In this document: positions 26,291 through 35,794 of the stretch, one piece after another
Layout: every line of letters starts with the position of its first letter
Position numbering within the stretch: the stretch's first letter is position 1
Assembly (NCBI GenBank): GCA_017446155.1
Contig: JAFSRI010000045.1
Coordinates: forward strand, 16,704 to 80,703
Length of the DNA: 64,000 nt
Reading direction: 5' to 3'
Source of the DNA: Clostridia bacterium
GTDB lineage: Bacteria > Bacillota > Clostridia > Oscillospirales > CAG-272
Program-made: the position numbers and the translations under genes
The notes under the pieces: model-generated
Seen by the model: only the letters and a program-made list of their open reading frames with translations
Databases searched by the model: none
What the model was told of the DNA's origin: nothing

Positions 26291-28174
26291 TTAAATCATC
26301 AACCCGCAGATAAGGTCGCTTATCTCAGCGGGATCGTCAAGCGCAAGTCCGCTTACAAGCCGCGCCTGAGCGTAAAGTATCTTGCTGTAAGACGCCAGCT
26401 TTTCTTTATCACTTTCGAGTAGCTCCGAAAGTTTTGCCGCTATCGGGTGATCCTTGTTTATTTCAAGCACTGTTTCCGCCTTGATGCCGCTGCCATCGAC
26501 GCCCGGCATTTTCTTCAATACCTTCTCCATACCGAGCGAAAGCTCGCCCTCGCTCGAAAGGCAAACAGCATGACCCGAAAGCGCGTTTGTAAATCTCACT
26601 TTCGCCACTTCGTCGCCAATGCTCTCTTTCATAAATTTGAACAATTCTTCCGAGCTTACGTTTTTCTCTTCAAGTTCTTTCTTTTCTTCATCACTTGAAA
26701 GGTCAAGTTCTTCCCTGCAAACGTTGATAAACTCTTTCCCGTCATAGGTGCGCATTATCTGCAATGCAAACTCATCTATGTCCTCCGTCAGATACAACAC
26801 CTCATATCCTTTGCCCACGACAGCCTCTACCTGCGGAAGAGTTGCGATCTTCGATTGAGTTTCGCCCGAAGCGTAGTAAATCTTATCCTGCCCGTCTTTC
26901 ATGCGCGAAACGTATTCTTTAAGCGTGACGTACTTTCTTTCATTTGAGGAAATGAACAAGAGCATATCCTGCAAAAGTTCCTTATTTACGCCGAAACCGC
27001 TGTATACGCCCCATTTGAGCTGGGCGCCGAAAGCCTTGAAAAACTTTTCATAGTTTTCTCTGTCGTTTTCAAGCATTTTGCCAAGCTCCGACGCAATCTT
27101 TTTTTCTATCGCCTTTGCAATCACTTTCAGTTGTCTGTCGTGTTGAAGCATTTCTCTTGAAATGTTAAGCGAAAGATCGGCGCTGTCGACAAGTCCGCGC
27201 ACAAAGCTGAAATAATCGGGCAACAGATCTTTGCATTTTTCCATTATCATAACGCCGCTCGAATAAAGCTGCAAGCCTTTTTCAAAATCCTTGCTGTAAT
27301 AGTCATACGGTGCGTGTGACGGAATGAACATAAGCGCTTCGTAGTTTGACGTGCCCTCCGTTTTTTGACGGATAACTTTCAGCGGAGCTTCATAATCGTA
27401 GAACTTATCTCTGTAAAACTCGGCATATTCTTCGTCGCTGACGTCGCTCTGCGCTTTTTTCCAAATCGGTATCATGCTGTTTAGCGTTTCGTCTTCATAT
27501 ACCGTTTCATATTCGTCGCTGCCCTCTTTTTTATTTTCGTGCGCGACAGACATCTTTATCGGATAGCGAATATAATCGCTGTACTTTTTGACGAGCGAAC
27601 GTATCTTATATTCTTCGAGATACTCCCCGTATTTTTCATCGTCTGCGTCCGGCTTGATATGAAGCGTTATCACCGTTCCTGCCGTGTCTTTTTCACATTC
27701 CGTCACGGTATATCCGTCAGCCCCGCTCGATTCCCAGCGGTAAGCGCCGTCTGCGCCGTAAACACGGCTTTCGACCGTGATATTGTCCGCCACCATGAAC
27801 GCCGAATAAAAACCGACGCCGAACTGACCGATAATATCGATGTTTTCCTTTCCGCCGTTCTCGGTTTTAAAGTCGAGCGAGCCGCTTTTGGCAATCGTGC
27901 CGAGATTGTTTTCAAGCTCGTCTTTTGTCATTCCGCAGCCGTTGTCCGAAACCGTAAGCGTTCTCGCTTCTTTGTCGGCGGATATGCGTATCTCATAATC
28001 CTCCTTTTTCAGAAGAACGCTGTCGTCGGTGAGCGAGCGGAAATATAGTTTATCTATCGCGTCGCTCGCATTTGAAATCAGCTCGCGCAGAAAAATTTCT
28101 TTGTGCGTATAGATGGAGTTTACCATCATATCAAGTAGCTTTTTCGACTCTGTCTTAAACTGTTTTTTTGCCAT
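26291..28174 (-). CDS. htpG: Molecular chaperone HtpG (Hsp90 family)
   Basis: 627-aa ORF. The N-terminus LLDMMVNSIYTHKEIFLRELISNASDAIDKL and the segment IGQFGVGFYSAFMVA are hallmark Hsp90 ATPase-domain motifs. Confidence 0.95.
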   Translation of the reverse strand: MAKKQFKTESKKLLDMMVNSIYTHKEIFLRELISNASDAIDKLYFRSLTDDSVLLKKEDYEIRISADKEARTLTVSDNGCGMTKDELENNLGTIAKSGSLDFKTENGGKENIDIIGQFGVGFYSAFMVADNITVESRVYGADGAYRWESSGADGYTVTECEKDTAGTVITLHIKPDADDEKYGEYLEEYKIRSLVKKYSDYIRYPIKMSVAHENKKEGSDEYETVYEDETLNSMIPIWKKAQSDVSDEEYAEFYRDKFYDYEAPLKVIRQKTEGTSNYEALMFIPSHAPYDYYSKDFEKGLQLYSSGVMIMEKCKDLLPDYFSFVRGLVDSADLSLNISREMLQHDRQLKVIAKAIEKKIASELGKMLENDRENYEKFFKAFGAQLKWGVYSGFGVNKELLQDMLLFISSNERKYVTLKEYVSRMKDGQDKIYYASGETQSKIATLPQVEAVVGKGYEVLYLTEDIDEFALQIMRTYDGKEFINVCREELDLSSDEEKKELEEKNVSSEELFKFMKESIGDEVAKVRFTNALSGHAVCLSSEGELSLGMEKVLKKMPGVDGSGIKAETVLEINKDHPIAAKLSELLESDKEKLASYSKILYAQARLVSGLALDDPAEISDLICGLMI

Positions 28175-28456
28175 TTTTTATACACCTCTGTTTGTTTTGC
28201 GATATTTCATATCGCGTTATATCTTTTATGCGTGTTTTGCAAAAGCGAAAAGCACGCTTTTTGAAAGCGGATTTGTTTTTTCTGTCGAATAAACGCCGTT
28301 TCTTACATAAATAAATTGAAAATATGCCCGTTTGTTTTTTTACCCGTAAATTTCGCTCGATATATTATCCTCATTTACGCATTATTCACGGTTTTGAGGT
28401 TGAATATTGCTTTTTCGGACGAAAAGAAAATCGTCGGGCAAAAGCGTAATAAACGC

Positions 28457-30103
28457 TTATTTGCTTTTTAAATGCGCTTTTACGGCATTTGCAACATTGA
28501 GATAATCGTTTGAAAGGATTGTATCGATGCCCATATCGATATATCTGCACGCCTCATCCGGATCGTCCGCCCAGAAAACGTTGCACAGTATTCCGTGCTC
28601 GTGCGCCAAATCTACCGAGCTTTGGTCGAAATAAGGTTTGAACAGCTGTATTTTTTCGGCTCCGAGCGCAATCGCGCGACGAGGCATGGAGAGCGGATCC
28701 TTGTTGCCGTCCCAGCCGACGCAGCGGTGAATATCGGGGGCTATTTCGTGAAATTCTCTGTGACACTTGTCTGAGACAGTCATCGTATAGCAGTGATGCT
28801 CGCAGTCGTATTTATGAAGGAGCGCCGCAATCTTTTCATACTGCGGATCGGGCGGATTGCCGTCTTTTCTGTATACTTCCTCATCCCAAATTTTAACGTG
28901 GATATTCATTATCGTCGTGCAGGCGAATTTCTTTAAAATATCCTCGAATTTAACGATTTTCAGCCCCTTGAAATGATCCCCGTGCTTTACGCCGAAGTCA
29001 TAATTCAACAGTTCTTCATATGTGTGTTCCCATATAAAGCCGCTTCCGGTTGAAACGCGGCTGAGGCTGGAATCGTGAATGGAAACAAGCTCTCCGTCCT
29101 TCGTTGACCATATGTCAAATTCTATTTCATCCGCGCCAAGCGCCACCGCCGCGCCGAAAGCGGGCATACTGTTTTCGGGCGCTATCGTTGAAAAGCCCCT
29201 GTGAGCACATATGCGCGGATAAGGCAGGTATGCGTCATTCGGTATCATCATACTGCCGCCCGGACGGTAAAGCCACGGACGACGGCCCTCGTCGATGTAA
29301 TCATAATGAGATTTCGGCTTGCCGAGATACCCCGCGGGCTTATAATACTTGTCGTGCGGATCAAACTCAACGGTCGCCACGCCGACGTCGTTTTTCATGT
29401 TTACAATCATCTCACCCTTGGGAGACACCGCCATGCTGCATCCGCAAATCTCGGAATTTTCACCGAGCGACACCGACGAGCGAAGCAGATATGCGTTTGT
29501 GTTATAGCAAAGGAACCTGCCGATGAGGTCGAGAGCATTGTGCGTATCGGTTCTTTGATGTGAACAGCCTATTATCACGTCTACGTTCTTTCTCGCAAGC
29601 GAGGCAAACCCTTCGTACATATAAAAATCGTAGCACGTCATAAAGCCGAATCGTATCCCCTCCATCTCGACGGTATACGGTTCCTCATAATGATAGCTGT
29701 ACGTACAGTCCATACCGTTGCCGCCCTGCTCGGCGGTCTTTACCTCCGAGGGCGCCGGGTGAGCTTTAAAATACTTGCCCGTTATATTGCCATCTCTGTC
29801 AAAAGCATACGTCGTGTTGCGCCAGCCGTTCTCTGTCTTAAATCCGAAATTGGCAAATACCATCGCATGACAGCGACGCGCCGTTTCGACGGCTTTTTTC
29901 ATCACAACATCGTTGTATTTTTCAATCGATGCGTTGAACTGCGCCGCATTTTCGGTAGCCGCGGGAATATCACAATATTCCGGCAAGACGATTATATCCG
30001 CGCTGTCGTCGCACGAGTCGATGAGCTTCATCATACCGTCAAAGCAACGGTCGATGTCTTTTGGGTCAAACGAATAGTATGGCTGTATTATACACGCTTT
30101 CAT
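28457..30103 (-). CDS. Fusion protein: N-terminal carbon-nitrogen hydrolase (nitrilase superfamily) plus C-terminal glycerophosphodiester phosphodiesterase (GDPD)
   Basis: 548-aa uninterrupted ORF with a GAGGAG RBS. The N-terminal half has the Glu/Lys/Cys contexts VLPEYCD, YFKAHP and FMTCYDF. The C-terminal half has CAHRGFSTIAPENSMPAF and EIEFDIWSTKDGELVSIHD. Confidence 0.75.
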   Translation of the reverse strand: MKACIIQPYYSFDPKDIDRCFDGMMKLIDSCDDSADIIVLPEYCDIPAATENAAQFNASIEKYNDVVMKKAVETARRCHAMVFANFGFKTENGWRNTTYAFDRDGNITGKYFKAHPAPSEVKTAEQGGNGMDCTYSYHYEEPYTVEMEGIRFGFMTCYDFYMYEGFASLARKNVDVIIGCSHQRTDTHNALDLIGRFLCYNTNAYLLRSSVSLGENSEICGCSMAVSPKGEMIVNMKNDVGVATVEFDPHDKYYKPAGYLGKPKSHYDYIDEGRRPWLYRPGGSMMIPNDAYLPYPRICAHRGFSTIAPENSMPAFGAAVALGADEIEFDIWSTKDGELVSIHDSSLSRVSTGSGFIWEHTYEELLNYDFGVKHGDHFKGLKIVKFEDILKKFACTTIMNIHVKIWDEEVYRKDGNPPDPQYEKIAALLHKYDCEHHCYTMTVSDKCHREFHEIAPDIHRCVGWDGNKDPLSMPRRAIALGAEKIQLFKPYFDQSSVDLAHEHGILCNVFWADDPDEACRYIDMGIDTILSNDYLNVANAVKAHLKSK

Positions 30104-30463
30104 TTATTTTCTCCTCGGTGTTTTTCTTGCGGAACGGTTTTCTTTCCCGCGCCGCTTTCCACACGTAATTATATATCAATTAAATTACAAATTCAACAAT
30201 TAAACAAAATTATAAATATTTTTTAACAAAATCGTCAAACGTTTCCCTTTTCATTTTTTCTTTTCTTTATACGCCAAAGCAATAGCGGCTAAGCGAGAGC
30301 ACCGCTCTTTATGGCGTCTTATTCACAGCCGAAAGCCTCGTTTTGACAGCCAAAAACAACAGTTTCGTGCTTGCGTTTTTCCGACTTTCAGAAAACCGCT
30401 GACGCACAGCTGAAACAGATTGAAACAATGGCGAATGAAGTGCCGCCGTCTTTTCCATTCGTG

Positions 30464-30492
30464 TTGACACCCGAGGAAAGATGTGATAATAT
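30464..30492 (+). promoter_or_regulatory. SigmaA-type promoter of the msrC-like gene
   Basis: TTGACA (30464-30469), a 17-nt spacer, then TAATAT (30487-30492), with TG two bases upstream of the -10 element. Confidence 0.5.
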
Positions 30493-30523
30493 AATCCTGT
30501 AAAAAGAAACGGGAGGGCTGACA

Positions 30524-30979
30524 ATGAATTACACCGACCTTTGCGCTGACCTGCGCGCGCTGATCCGAGAGGTGCCGCATCTGACGGCAAATTTGGCAAA
30601 CGCCGCGGCGATTATATGGCAAAGAACCGAACAAATAAACTGGGCGGGGTTTTATTTGCGCGAGGGGAACAAACTCGTGCTCGGGCCGTTTCAAGGCAAA
30701 CCCGCGTGCATCGAGATACCTCTCGGGCGAGGGGTATGCGGAACGGCTGCCGAAAAAAACGAAACTCAGCTCGTGCCCGACGTGCATAAATTTCCGGGAC
30801 ATATCGCCTGCGACAGCGAATCAAGATCGGAGATTGTTGTTCCGATAAGAAAAAACGGAGAGGCGATAGGTGTGCTTGACATAGACAGCCCCATGCTTTC
30901 GCGCTTTTCCGCCACGGACAAGGCGGGATTTGAAGCGGTAGCGGCAGTGATTGAAGAAGAACTTTGGGATCTGCTTTAA
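30524..30979 (+). CDS. msrC: GAF-domain free methionine-(R)-sulfoxide reductase (MsrC/YebR family)
   Basis: 151-aa ORF with a GGGAGGG RBS. WAGFYL, LGPFQGKPACIEIPLGRGVCGTAA and FPGHIACDSESRSEIVVPI match the fRMsr GAF family. Confidence 0.75.
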   Translation: MNYTDLCADLRALIREVPHLTANLANAAAIIWQRTEQINWAGFYLREGNKLVLGPFQGKPACIEIPLGRGVCGTAAEKNETQLVPDVHKFPGHIACDSESRSEIVVPIRKNGEAIGVLDIDSPMLSRFSATDKAGFEAVAAVIEEELWDLL

Positions 30980-31024
30980 GCCTCAGCAAAAATATAGAAA
31001 ACAACATCTTGAAGCGAGGAAAAA

Positions 31025-31501
31025 ATGAAAAAAGTTGAAAAAACAAATGCTGTAAGAATACTTGAACAACACAAAGCCGTCTTTTCCACTCACGACTATT
31101 CGGCAACGGAAGCCATAAGTGCAACGGAAGTGGCACACGTTCTGGGGCTTGATCCGGATAAAGTATTCAAAACGCTCGTCACCGTCGGAAAATCAAACGA
31201 GCACTACGTATTCGTCGTACCGGCCGAAAGCGAACTCGATTTAAAAAAGGCAGCCGCCGCCGTAGCGGAAAAGAACGTTGCAATGGTAAAATCAAAAGAG
31301 CTTTTGCCGCTTACGGGCTACATTCACGGGGGCTGTTCACCTGTGGGAATGAAAAAATTTTTTAAAACCGTTTTTGATATATCGGCTAAAAGTTTTGACA
31401 CGGTGGTTTTCAGCGGGGGCAAAATTGGATTGCAGGTTGAAATGCCGATAAGTGAACTTGAAAAGGTTATCCCGTTGATTTTCGCAGATTTAAAACAATA
31501 A
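31025..31501 (+). CDS. ybaK: Cys-tRNA(Pro)/Cys-tRNA(Cys) deacylase YbaK
   Basis: 158-aa ORF with a GAGGAAAA RBS. TNAVRILEQHK, FKTLV and GYIHGGCSPVGMKK are typical of the YbaK/EbsC editing domain. Confidence 0.75.
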   Translation: MKKVEKTNAVRILEQHKAVFSTHDYSATEAISATEVAHVLGLDPDKVFKTLVTVGKSNEHYVFVVPAESELDLKKAAAAVAEKNVAMVKSKELLPLTGYIHGGCSPVGMKKFFKTVFDISAKSFDTVVFSGGKIGLQVEMPISELEKVIPLIFADLKQ

Positions 31502-31546
31502 AAAAACAAGGACTTGAAACAAAAACGGTTTTCAAGTCCTTTATTT

Positions 31547-32287
31547 TCATCCTATCAGTTTTTTAATATTCGTTTCAAGCTCCGATTCTGTTATCATACC
31601 GGTATGTTGGCTCATCACATTCCCGTCGGAATATATGAACACCGTCCTCGGAATCGACCTCACGGAATAAGCGGTCTGTGCGCTCGAATCAACGTCAAAA
31701 TATACGGGAAAAGAATATCCGTTTGACGCGATAAAGCTCTTTGCGGCGGAAACTGTTTCTCTGTATCCGTCGGCAAGGTTTACCATCATAATATCCACTT
31801 CCCCGCCGTATTTTTTATATATACTGTCAAAAGCCGGCAACTCGTTTTTACACGGCCCGCACCAGCTCGCCCAAAAGTTTACGATAACAGGCCTGCCGAG
31901 ATGACTCGATAAGCTAACGCTGTTGCCGCCCGCGTCCGTCACGGTAAAGTCAGGCGCGTCGCCCCACTTTGCGTTGTTCTCTGACCTTTGACTCGGCGCG
32001 GCACGCTTCGCCTCGCTTTCCGCGTCGTTTTGCATTTCCGCGCGAGTCGTGGCTTTTGAAGTCGTCGTCTGCTCCGTCACGACGGAAGATGACGTCGTTT
32101 CTTTTTTCGCCTTTGCGGTTGTCGATGACGTCTCCGGTATCAACGTCATTTCTTCCGTCAACGTTTCCGTGCTGTTCTCAGCCGCATTTTCCGCTCTCTT
32201 TATCGCGGCGTTATACGCTATCGACGCGCCCGCGATAACAGCCGTTAGCGCCAGCGCTATTATAAGCGTTTTTGCATATTTGTTCAT
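31547..32287 (-). CDS. Membrane-anchored TlpA/ResA-like thiol-disulfide oxidoreductase with a long low-complexity stalk
   Basis: 246-aa ORF with an N-terminal TM anchor. A roughly 90-residue Ser/Thr/Glu/Ala-rich linker follows, then a thioredoxin fold with WASWCGPCKNELP. The start abuts the ccdA stop (32287/32288). Confidence 0.8.
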   Translation of the reverse strand: MNKYAKTLIIALALTAVIAGASIAYNAAIKRAENAAENSTETLTEEMTLIPETSSTTAKAKKETTSSSVVTEQTTTSKATTRAEMQNDAESEAKRAAPSQRSENNAKWGDAPDFTVTDAGGNSVSLSSHLGRPVIVNFWASWCGPCKNELPAFDSIYKKYGGEVDIMMVNLADGYRETVSAAKSFIASNGYSFPVYFDVDSSAQTAYSVRSIPRTVFIYSDGNVMSQHTGMITESELETNIKKLIG

Positions 32288-32950
32288 TTAACTACCTCCT
32301 GAAAAAACGGAGAGGAAACGGTCAAGCGAACCGGTTGCGATAAATATTCCCACAACGATTAAAAACACCCCGCTTACGATATTTATCGTTTTATAATGTT
32401 TTTTTACAAATCCGAATAATCCCCCCAGCTTTTCCATAAGCCACGCCGACAGCACAAACGGTATTCCGAGTCCCAGCGAATATACGAAAAGCAACAACGC
32501 TCCGTAAGGCGCGCTGGCAGACGTGGACGCGAGCATCAGCGCCGAGCCGAGAAACGCTCCCACGCAAGGCGTCAAGCTGACAGAATATACCATACCGAAA
32601 ACGAACGCGGAAAATATCCCGGTTATTTTCGCGCCTTTTTTCAGTCCGCGGAAAAACGGCAACGGGATTATATCAAGATACGACAGCCCCAATATTATCA
32701 CTACCACGCCGCAAACTATATTTACCGTCACGCTGTATCTTGTAAGAAAAGACCCTATCGTTCCCGCAAAAACGCCCATCACGCAAAAAACCGCGGTAAA
32801 TCCGCAAACAAATGCGACGGCGTCAGCCACCGTTTTTCGCTTGCCCTTGCCGTCAGAGGCGAAATATGATATATAAACGGGCAACATTGGCAGCATACAC
32901 GGCGAAACAAAGGAAATTATTCCCTCCAAAAAAGTTATAAATATCTGCAT
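32288..32950 (-). CDS. ccdA: Cytochrome c biogenesis protein CcdA (DsbD-family transmembrane electron carrier)
   Basis: 220-aa, 6-TM ORF with a GGAGGGG RBS. It has the conserved N-terminal SPCMLPMLPVYISY and a second Cys in SLTPCVGAFLG. Confidence 0.8.
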   Translation of the reverse strand: MQIFITFLEGIISFVSPCMLPMLPVYISYFASDGKGKRKTVADAVAFVCGFTAVFCVMGVFAGTIGSFLTRYSVTVNIVCGVVVIILGLSYLDIIPLPFFRGLKKGAKITGIFSAFVFGMVYSVSLTPCVGAFLGSALMLASTSASAPYGALLLFVYSLGLGIPFVLSAWLMEKLGGLFGFVKKHYKTINIVSGVFLIVVGIFIATGSLDRFLSVFSGGS

Positions 32951-33104
32951 ATCCCCTCCTTGATATTTATTATGTCAGCTTTTTTCATTTTTACACTTTC
33001 AATAAATTATTCGTCCGAAAATCAGCATGAAGAATAATTATCTGCGCTAAAAATTCATTAACCGACGGGATTATAAATTTAACAGTTTATTTTTTTCCGT
33101 TTTG

Positions 33105-33133
33105 TTGACTTTTCGCGGGTTAAGTGATATGCT
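33105..33133 (+). promoter_or_regulatory. SigmaA-type promoter upstream of the GH78-like gene
   Basis: TTGACT (33105-33110), a 17-nt spacer, then TATGCT (33128-33133), with a TG extension. Confidence 0.45.
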
Positions 33134-33229
33134 GAAAAAAACCGTTTTCGGTTTTTAAATAATCGATAAATACAAATCTAAACATGTTCGTCTGAATATT
33201 ACGGCACGGCAAAAACCGGGGGAGGGTTT

Positions 33230-35455
33230 ATGAACGGATATTGGATAACGACGCGTCAAACGCCTCAAAAGAGCGCATACTACTATTTTACAAAACAGTT
33301 TTCACTCGAAAAACTGCCCGAAAGTTTTTCGGTAAATATTTGCGCCGACAGAAGATATATTTTATATATAAACGGCGTGGAAATTGCTCATGGGCCGTGT
33401 CAAAGCGGTGAGGAAATGCGCTATTTTGAAACGGTAAACGCCGCGCACGCGCTGAAAAAAGGCGAAAATGAAATTGCGGTAAGGGTTTTTCACGTCGTCG
33501 GCGACAGTTTTATCGCCGTTTACGGCAAAGAAAAACCGGCGCTGTGGTTTTGCGGAAAACTGCGCTCGGGCTATGAAGAAACGTTGCTCTTTTCCGACTC
33601 CTCGTGGCAATGCAAGCGTTCGGACGCCGTATCGTTCCGCCGCGGAGAACGCATACACAACTCCGTCGCGCCTTTTGAGGACGTGGCAAAAGACGAGATT
33701 TTGACAGACGAGGAGATAATCGAAGATTATGAGCCTCGCCCGGAAAGAGCATCCACGACATGCTACGGGCTAAATGAAAAATACATTCTTACCCCACGCC
33801 CGATACCGGTTTTCACGTCGGACAAAAGCGAAAAACTGAAAGAAATAAGACGTTACACTGACAAGGACGGAAAAACTTGCGTCGAGTTTGACGCAGGCAG
33901 ATACACAACGTCGTTTGTCGACGTTGTCTTTAAGGCGAAAACCGAAGCGGAAATCAAAATAACATATGCAGAATGTTACGCATTTCCGGACGGAGAAAAC
34001 AAGCCTAAAAAATTCCGGCGCGACGACACCTCCGGTTGCTTGTTCGGCGCGTATGACAGCGTAATCTCCGACGGTAACAAAAAAACGTTCACGCCGTTCT
34101 GGTACAGGGCGTTTCGGTTTATCAAGATCGAAACCGACGACGCGGGAATCGATGTTGAAATATTCCACAGACGTTACGTTTATCCGTTTGAAAAAGCCGC
34201 CGAAAACGGTGGCGTCGGAAGTTTTTTATGCTCTGACGAAACGCTGAACAAAATGTGGGATGTGTCGCTTAACACCGTAGAATGTTCAACTCACGAGATA
34301 TTCGTCGACTGTCCGTATTACGAACAGCAACAATACTGCATGGACGGAGCGCTTGAATCGCTGTTCGCTTTCAGAATGTCAAACGATCGTTCAATGCAGA
34401 AAAAAATCATCTTCGATATGGCGCAATCGCAACAGACGGACGGCATGATTCAGGCAAACTACCCGTCAACTCACAGGCAAATAATACCGGGGTTCACGCT
34501 TTTTTGGGTGTTGATGAGCAGAGAATATCTGCGTTATACCGGCGACACGGAGTTTGTTCGCTCGATGAGCGGCGTAGTTGACCGTGCGCTTGAAGGGTTT
34601 GAGGCAATGCTGAACGAGCGGGGCATTGTCGGCGGGAGCAAGTATTGGATGTTCACCGATTGGGTTGACAGCTGGAAGTTAGGCGTGCCGACGGGCGGAA
34701 TTGAGAGAGAACCCGTTACCGTTTACAGTATGATGTACGCGGCGGCACTTGAAAGTCAGGCTCAGGTATGCGAAAAATGCGGCAGACGCGGCCTTGCCGA
34801 AGAATACCGTGAGCGCAAATCGCGTATTATCCAAAACATAAACAAATACTGCTTCGACGCGGAAAAGCAAATGTATGTCGACGTTCCCGGCAGGCGTGAT
34901 TTCAGCCGACATACAGCCGTGTGGGCGGTGCTTTCCGACACGGTCACGGGCGATGACGCGCGCGAACTTATCATACGTGCGTTTGGCGATGAAAGCGTTT
35001 CAAAATGCTCGTTTTCGATGAATTATTACACTTTCCGCGCGCTTGAAAAAGCGGGACTTTACGACGATTATTCCGACGAGCTTTTCGACGGCTGGCGATA
35101 TATGCTCGATATGCACTGCACGACGTGGTGTGAGAACCCCGGACAACCGCGAAGCGAATGTCACGGTTGGAGCAGTGTGCCGATATATGAATTTTCGGAA
35201 CACATCCTCGGCGTTTATCCCGAGGACGACGGATACAAGGTGGTGCGCATTACTCCGCACACATTCGGGCTTGAAAACGCTCAAGGAAGAGTTCCCGTGC
35301 CCGGCGGATATATCGACGTTTCGTTTAAAAAGCATGGCGACGGCTATATTTTGCACATATCATCATCGAAGCGGAGAACGCTTCACATTATCCTGCCGGG
35401 CGGCGACGAAATATTGACCGACGAAAGCGAGATCTCGCTTGAATTTACCGAATAA
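33230..35455 (+). CDS. GH78-like alpha-L-rhamnosidase family protein (six-hairpin glycosidase)
   Basis: 741-aa ORF with a GGGGGAGGG RBS. The N-terminal rhamnosidase-type beta-sandwich has YYYFTKQF, ADRRYILYINGVEIAHGP and VRVFH. The catalytic (alpha/alpha)6 domain has FVDCPYYEQQQYCMDG. No signal peptide. Confidence 0.7.
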   Translation: MNGYWITTRQTPQKSAYYYFTKQFSLEKLPESFSVNICADRRYILYINGVEIAHGPCQSGEEMRYFETVNAAHALKKGENEIAVRVFHVVGDSFIAVYGKEKPALWFCGKLRSGYEETLLFSDSSWQCKRSDAVSFRRGERIHNSVAPFEDVAKDEILTDEEIIEDYEPRPERASTTCYGLNEKYILTPRPIPVFTSDKSEKLKEIRRYTDKDGKTCVEFDAGRYTTSFVDVVFKAKTEAEIKITYAECYAFPDGENKPKKFRRDDTSGCLFGAYDSVISDGNKKTFTPFWYRAFRFIKIETDDAGIDVEIFHRRYVYPFEKAAENGGVGSFLCSDETLNKMWDVSLNTVECSTHEIFVDCPYYEQQQYCMDGALESLFAFRMSNDRSMQKKIIFDMAQSQQTDGMIQANYPSTHRQIIPGFTLFWVLMSREYLRYTGDTEFVRSMSGVVDRALEGFEAMLNERGIVGGSKYWMFTDWVDSWKLGVPTGGIEREPVTVYSMMYAAALESQAQVCEKCGRRGLAEEYRERKSRIIQNINKYCFDAEKQMYVDVPGRRDFSRHTAVWAVLSDTVTGDDARELIIRAFGDESVSKCSFSMNYYTFRALEKAGLYDDYSDELFDGWRYMLDMHCTTWCENPGQPRSECHGWSSVPIYEFSEHILGVYPEDDGYKVVRITPHTFGLENAQGRVPVPGGYIDVSFKKHGDGYILHISSSKRRTLHIILPGGDEILTDESEISLEFTE

Positions 35456-35490
35456 AAAAACGCGGCTCAATTGAGCCGCGTATTTTTATT
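35454..35490 (+). terminator. Intrinsic terminator after the GH78-like gene
   Basis: Perfect 20-nt palindrome CGCGGCTCAATTGAGCCGCG (35461-35480). It is preceded by AAAAAAA and followed by TATTTTTATTTT. Confidence 0.85.
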
Positions 35491-35765
35491 TTCGGGATAA
35501 TCTATGATACCGCATTATTTGTGATGCGAAACAACACTTAAAGGTTTTACGCTTTGCCCGACAAATAGGTGATCAAACGCATGTTTTTAAATCAACCCAC
35601 ATCGCTTTTCACACTTGTTGTTCGTGTTCGATTTATGATGAAAAGTAACGATGAGGTTAAATTGAATCGATTAATTTGGGTATATTATGCTGTTTTTGTA
35701 TAAAGCACCGACTTTTATAGGCATTTTTTATGTTTGCGGCAGTATTTTTTTGTTCATTTTGCCCA

Positions 35766-35794
35766 TTGGCTTTATTGTTATTTAATATTATAAT
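35766..35794 (+). promoter_or_regulatory. Candidate sigmaA promoter for the fakA operon (implies a leader of about 225 nt)
   Basis: TTGGCT (35766-35771), a 17-nt spacer, then TATAAT (35789-35794). The context is AT-rich, so a chance match is possible. Confidence 0.35.

Noticed and set aside
28175-28456. CIRCE (TTAGCACTC-N9-GAGTGCTAA) or another heat-shock operator upstream of htpG, and an imperfect hairpin at about 28229-28256.
   Set aside because: There is no CIRCE-like inverted repeat. The hairpin has a T-run only in the plus orientation, where no gene precedes it, so its role is unclear and not worth a call.
30309-30802. 96-aa and 159-aa minus-strand ORFs across the msrC promoter and gene.
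   Set aside because: They are antisense to a well-supported GAF-domain gene and its promoter. They are Arg/Pro/Ser-rich and have no RBS.
35687-35785. 32-codon hydrophobic ORF (MLFLYKAPTFIGIFYVCGSIFLFILPIGFIVI), possibly a type I toxin-like peptide.
   Set aside because: It has no convincing SD (only GGG 8 nt upstream). There is no antisense promoter or terminator pair. AT-rich DNA readily encodes Phe/Ile/Leu strings. It is mentioned under the intergenic finding only.
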